Shown piece by piece: positions 60,210 through 64,000 of a stretch of DNA of 64,000 bases. Source of the stretch: an uncultured Nitrososphaerota archaeon (GTDB lineage: Archaea; Thermoproteota; Nitrososphaeria; Nitrososphaerales; CADDZS01). The DNA lies in the NCBI GenBank assembly GCA_963799845.1, contig CAWCYI010000006.1:128001-192000 (forward strand), read 5' to 3'. The position numbers and the translations under genes were made by a program. Each line of letters begins with the position of its first letter. The stretch's first letter is position 1. The notes beneath the pieces are model-generated. The model was not told the origin of the DNA. It searched no databases and saw only the letters and a list, made by a program, of their open reading frames with translations.

Positions 60210-61000
60210 AGACCGAATGCTATGGCGGTTATGAAGAAGCTGACAGGGTATGGCGTGTAAAATGCAATTAAGAGTCCTACCCACGTTGCCGATAGAGCAA
60301 TCAATACTGAAATCAATATCGCGCGCTCAGGTCGTCTCGACAGGTACTGGGCGGTTGCAGCAGGGGTGACCATCAGCGAGAAGATTAGAAGGACACCGGT
60401 AACTTGCACGGAGAACGACACTGCGACAGCAACGAGGATCAGGAAGAATGTCCCGAGGAAGAGCATCGGCATCCCCTTTGCTTCAGCTACGTCCTCGTCG
60501 AGCGATGCGAAGAGAAGCGGCCGGTAAACAAACCCGATTCCGGCTAAGATCCCCACACCGGCAACAAACGTCAGCAGAACATTGCTGTAGCTGATACCGA
60601 GTATTTCTCCGAACAGAATAGAGTAAGCTTCGGTAGCATACCCTGTATACAGACTGATGAATAACAATCCCAATCCGAGCGCGAACGCTAGCACGATGCC
60701 GATTTGGGTGTCGCGATTGGCGGCCCGGCGGCCCAGAGCCGATATCGCCAAGGCCCCTAAAATTGAACCTGTAAGGAGCCCTGCAATGGGCAGGATATTC
60801 AGCAGCACAGCTCCGGCCGCTCCAGCGAAACCGATCTCAGAGAACGCATGAGCCGTAAATGCCGACCGACGTAGCACTACGAAGTAACCGGTGACTCCGG
60901 CGATGATTGCGATTATTGTTCCAGCTTCATAGGCGTGCTGCATGAACTGGTAATACAACATCTGTTGCAGATCGGAAAGCAAATTGATACTGAAGGTCAT
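60116..61000 (-). CDS. Zn/Mn ABC transporter permease
   Basis: FMQHAY, HAFSEIGFAG, LFGEILG, DEDVAEAKG, GVLLIFSLMVTPAA. Confidence 0.93.
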   Translation of the reverse strand: MTFSINLLSDLQQMLYYQFMQHAYEAGTIIAIIAGVTGYFVVLRRSAFTAHAFSEIGFAGAAGAVLLNILPIAGLLTGSILGALAISALGRRAANRDTQIGIVLAFALGLGLLFISLYTGYATEAYSILFGEILGISYSNVLLTFVAGVGILAGIGFVYRPLLFASLDEDVAEAKGMPMLFLGTFFLILVAVAVSFSVQVTGVLLIFSLMVTPAATAQYLSRRPERAILISVLIALSATWVGLLIAFYTPYPVSFFITAIAFGLYLVVRIIRLAIKPAKIALSSPQEAGVPITK

Positions 61001-61821
61001 ACCATATCACCGTGGTGTTCTTCGACGCCTATGATAGCGACGTTTCCGTGTGGATCTTGTAGAACCTCGACCTGGACCCCGTACAACTGAGTTAGGCTCT
61101 CTGAAGTCAGAACTTCTAGAGGCTTTCCCGTAGCCACCCTGCCGTTCGCGATATACATTACCTTGTCGAGGTGGGGCAAAAGCGGGTTGATGTTGTGGGC
61201 GATCAGCAGCGCCGTTACGCCGCGCGAACGGACCGCATCGTTGATGAGGTGCAACAGTTCCGTTTCGCGTCTCAAATCGAGGTTCGATAACGGCTCGTCG
61301 AGCAACAAAATGTCCGGGTTGCTGGCCAATGCTTCAGCCAAAAATATTCTTTGCAGTTCTCCCCCGGACAGAACGCCCAAGGGACGATGCGCCAGCTCAG
61401 TCCCACCGACTGCTTCAAGCGCTGCAAAGGCTGCGTTCCGATCTGTATGCGAAAACGGATTGAAACCCCACTTTTTCCCTGAAAGCCCAAGCCGTACCAA
61501 TTCAAGACATTCGATATTCGTCTCGCTGTCTATTGTGTGACGTTGCGGCACGTAGCCAATCCGAGGATTTCCGCGAGTCGGCTGAGCACCAAATATTTTG
61601 ATTGTCCCGCCTATCGGCGGCTGCAGCCCGAGAAGTATTCGAAAGAGAGTCGTTTTGCCGGCACCGTTTGGGCCTATGACCGCTACGAACTCTCCTCGTC
61701 CAAAAGAGAAGTTCGCATCCCGCCAAACGGTCTTCTCCTTGTAGCCGGCCGCCAGGTTTTCAGCGGTCATGAGGTTGGACTGCACTGCGACGGGAGCAGT
61801 TTTCGAACCTATTATATCCAT
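60997..61821 (-). CDS. Zn/Mn ABC transporter ATPase
   Basis: GPNGAGKTT, GYVPQR, LSGGELQR, LLLDEP. Confidence 0.95.
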   Translation of the reverse strand: MDIIGSKTAPVAVQSNLMTAENLAAGYKEKTVWRDANFSFGRGEFVAVIGPNGAGKTTLFRILLGLQPPIGGTIKIFGAQPTRGNPRIGYVPQRHTIDSETNIECLELVRLGLSGKKWGFNPFSHTDRNAAFAALEAVGGTELAHRPLGVLSGGELQRIFLAEALASNPDILLLDEPLSNLDLRRETELLHLINDAVRSRGVTALLIAHNINPLLPHLDKVMYIANGRVATGKPLEVLTSESLTQLYGVQVEVLQDPHGNVAIIGVEEHHGDMV

Positions 61822-61828
61822 TCAATAA

Positions 61829-62860
61829 TCATTGACCGAGTGCTTGCGCATTCAATGCATCCTGGAGGGAGATTAATTCAGCGCCCTGCCAGACCTGGAA
61901 TAAAACATCGGGCGGCTGTATTGTCTCGGTTACACCGATGATTGGAATCTCGTGTTGAGCGGCCAGTGACTTGATGCTCTGCGTTAACGGAGTGACAGTC
62001 TGCTCATTGTAGACAAGTACATGCACGCTGCTATTTCCTTCGTCCATAAGATTCTGCATGGTGGCGACATCCTGCGCCGAGGGGTCGTTTCCTTCAGCAA
62101 CAGCCTCCATGAAACCCGGCGGCGAAACAACATTCAGGCCCGTGGCGTTTGCCATGTAGACGAAAATGCTCTCGGTAGACGCAACTGGCGCGTTGGCATA
62201 CTCCTGCTTGATCTCGACTTCTCGGCTCATATAGGATGACCAAAGAGACGCGTTCAGTGTGACATACTGTTGATGGAAGTAAGCCGTGTCGGCAGGGTCG
62301 ATGCTGACCAGATCATTGTACATCGCATGCACTGTGTAATTTACATAATAGGGACTGTACCAAAAATGAGGATTCACACACCCCTTGCTCGACGTCTGCG
62401 AGGCTTCGGCACAACCAGGATTGACGGTCGAATTTAGGAGTTGTTGCACATTCAAGACTTTTTGATTCGGTGTATTGCTAGCAGAAATAAGCTGGAGAGC
62501 CCAAGTATCGTACCCGGCGCCGTTAACTATGACGAAACTGGCGTTGGCGACTGCCTGCGCATCTGCGCTGTTGCTTTCGTATTCATGCGGGTCAGCGTTA
62601 GGATCAGAGACTATGCTCACCACACTGACGTGATTCCCGCCGAGTTGGGAAATCAAGCTTCCCCAGAAATTCTCTGCAGCCACGACCTGGATCACTTTAG
62701 TTGAGCCAGAGCTTATGGTTGAACTTGTAGTAGTTGAACTCGTCGTTGAGCTTCCATTAAGATATAATCCTGCGAATATCGCAACAGCCAGAACTAAAAC
62801 CACTATCACTGCGACAACAACGAGCGTATTTCTTTTCATGTGTTCTACATACTTTCCCAA
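61829..62860 (-). CDS. Zn/Mn ABC transporter substrate-binding protein (ZnuA family)
   Basis: AAENFWG, ADPHEYE, NGAGYD, NPHFWY. Confidence 0.93.
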   Translation of the reverse strand: MGKYVEHMKRNTLVVVAVIVVLVLAVAIFAGLYLNGSSTTSSTTTSSTISSGSTKVIQVVAAENFWGSLISQLGGNHVSVVSIVSDPNADPHEYESNSADAQAVANASFVIVNGAGYDTWALQLISASNTPNQKVLNVQQLLNSTVNPGCAEASQTSSKGCVNPHFWYSPYYVNYTVHAMYNDLVSIDPADTAYFHQQYVTLNASLWSSYMSREVEIKQEYANAPVASTESIFVYMANATGLNVVSPPGFMEAVAEGNDPSAQDVATMQNLMDEGNSSVHVLVYNEQTVTPLTQSIKSLAAQHEIPIIGVTETIQPPDVLFQVWQGAELISLQDALNAQALGQ

Positions 62861-63471
62861 ATAAGGTATTTTGGATTGTTCATCGTCATTTAATAAAGAT
62901 TATGAGATAATTATGAATTACCACACTCTTGCTTCTCATTTCTTATTAAAGCTGGACAATGAAAATTATAACTCACTACAACTAGCGGTTCCCGCATACG
63001 ACCTAGGTGGATAATCGATAATCAGCATTTGACTTTCATTCGTCATTTCAAAATTCGACCTAGAATCAGGAGATCGTGCAGAGCCATTGTATAGTAGGGG
63101 CCCCCTAGTGGAGCTTCGCATCCGCGCGCATGTACTTCGCAGATTTGTATTCTAGGAGCTCGTTTCAAGCTCTTCGGCCAGATTCTAATGCTATAGTAAA
63201 TAACGGAGCAGCTTTCAACATTCTGCAGCGAAGTCGTTATAATCACGCCTAAAATCAGGTAGTTTTGTACTCTCAGACCTGAATCGACAACAGCGAAGAA
63301 CCCGCTGTAATCTCATCCTTTGTGAATCTGTTCGATATCCTGCTCGAACCGTAAGATGGATTAGGATAAATAACGTTCCAGCGATGTTATCGAAAGCAGG
63401 CGCAGTGATAGTAGCTGCCGATTGTTTATTCGACTTTTCGTTTCACGACAATTTGGTGAGGGGTTAAGATA

Positions 63472-63954
63472 TTGTTCAATCAGGGAGGGGGAGACTTCAG
63501 AAGGAGAATCTACGCAATAGCTCAAAAATTCAGGGACGCAGGAGCAACTAGCCCGGAACGCGCGATGACTGCTCAGGAGCTGGGACTGCCACCGAGGTTC
63601 GAGGAAGCGATGAAAAGACGGTTAGGACAGACCGGAATATTCGTAGAGGTGAACGGAAAGTACTACCTGAATGAAGCGAGATTAGAGCAGATGGGACGCG
63701 GAGGTACTCGCTACGGAGGAAGAATGCAGGGACGAGGAAATGTCCGAAGCAATATGCTCACTCTTAGAATGATTAGGCTGACAATCGGAATTGTAACTTT
63801 GCTTTTGATAATCGCGAACATTTTCTACTTAAGGAATCCAGAAGTTTGGATAGCTGTCGGAGTGTTGCTCGTCATTACGATCGCGATATCAATTGCGCAA
63901 ATTTACTATCTTTCAAGAGCGAGAAGAATGAGGAATTTCGGCACGATGCCTTAG
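63472..63954 (+). CDS. Hypothetical membrane protein with N-terminal wHTH-like region
   Basis: KFRDAGATSPERA...GKYYLNE, then two TM helices. Confidence 0.7.
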   Translation: MFNQGGGDFRRRIYAIAQKFRDAGATSPERAMTAQELGLPPRFEEAMKRRLGQTGIFVEVNGKYYLNEARLEQMGRGGTRYGGRMQGRGNVRSNMLTLRMIRLTIGIVTLLLIIANIFYLRNPEVWIAVGVLLVITIAISIAQIYYLSRARRMRNFGTMP

Positions 63955-64000
63955 TCCGCTCGGTTGTTATTCCCTGAGGATCAACATAAGCGGCTCGGAA

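Noticed and set aside
340-63246. Many 60-230 aa ORFs antisense to or overlapping clear genes (e.g. 6576-7268, 30334-30795, 47398-47844)
   Set aside because: Shadow ORFs of well-supported genes, with no recognisable motifs
53660-64000. tRNA-Gln as the att site of a downstream island
   Set aside because: No duplicated tRNA 3' end or integrase seen downstream within the window
1-64000. CRISPR array or rRNA genes
   Set aside because: No regularly spaced repeats or rRNA-like sequence found

Overview
Archaeal chromosomal segment. Gene content and protein families suggest a deep-branching Nitrososphaerota/TACK lineage (inference). Most of the window is housekeeping: sugar-nucleotide genes, a 2-oxoacid:ferredoxin oxidoreductase, the conserved rpl7ae-rps28e-rpl24e-ndk-infB-rps6e-eif2g-PIN-rpoE1-spt4-DUF359-rps24e-rps27ae superoperon, and the rpoD-rpl18e-rpl13-rps9-rpoN...rps2-memo-mvk-ipk-idsA-gltX cluster. 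Three accessory regions stand out. (1) A ~15.2 kb integrated element (17883-33058) splits infB from rps6e and is bounded by a 10-bp direct repeat that coincides with the rps6e TATA box. It encodes a tyrosine integrase, a wHTH/RHH switch, a prim-pol plus SF3 helicase replicon, an IS66, secreted cargo, and a translationally coupled DUF5678 / retropepsin / Trypco2-like operon, which is the best candidate here for an undescribed protease-activated defence or toxin system. (2) A nested IS stack (46.4-51.3 kb) includes an IS1182-family element that carries a SWIM zinc-finger passenger gene. (3) A variable region follows a tRNA-Gln(TTG) that has two non-canonical D-arm introns. Many essential genes carry single-base indels, most likely sequencing or assembly errors. 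All family assignments come from motif recognition by eye; no database search was run.
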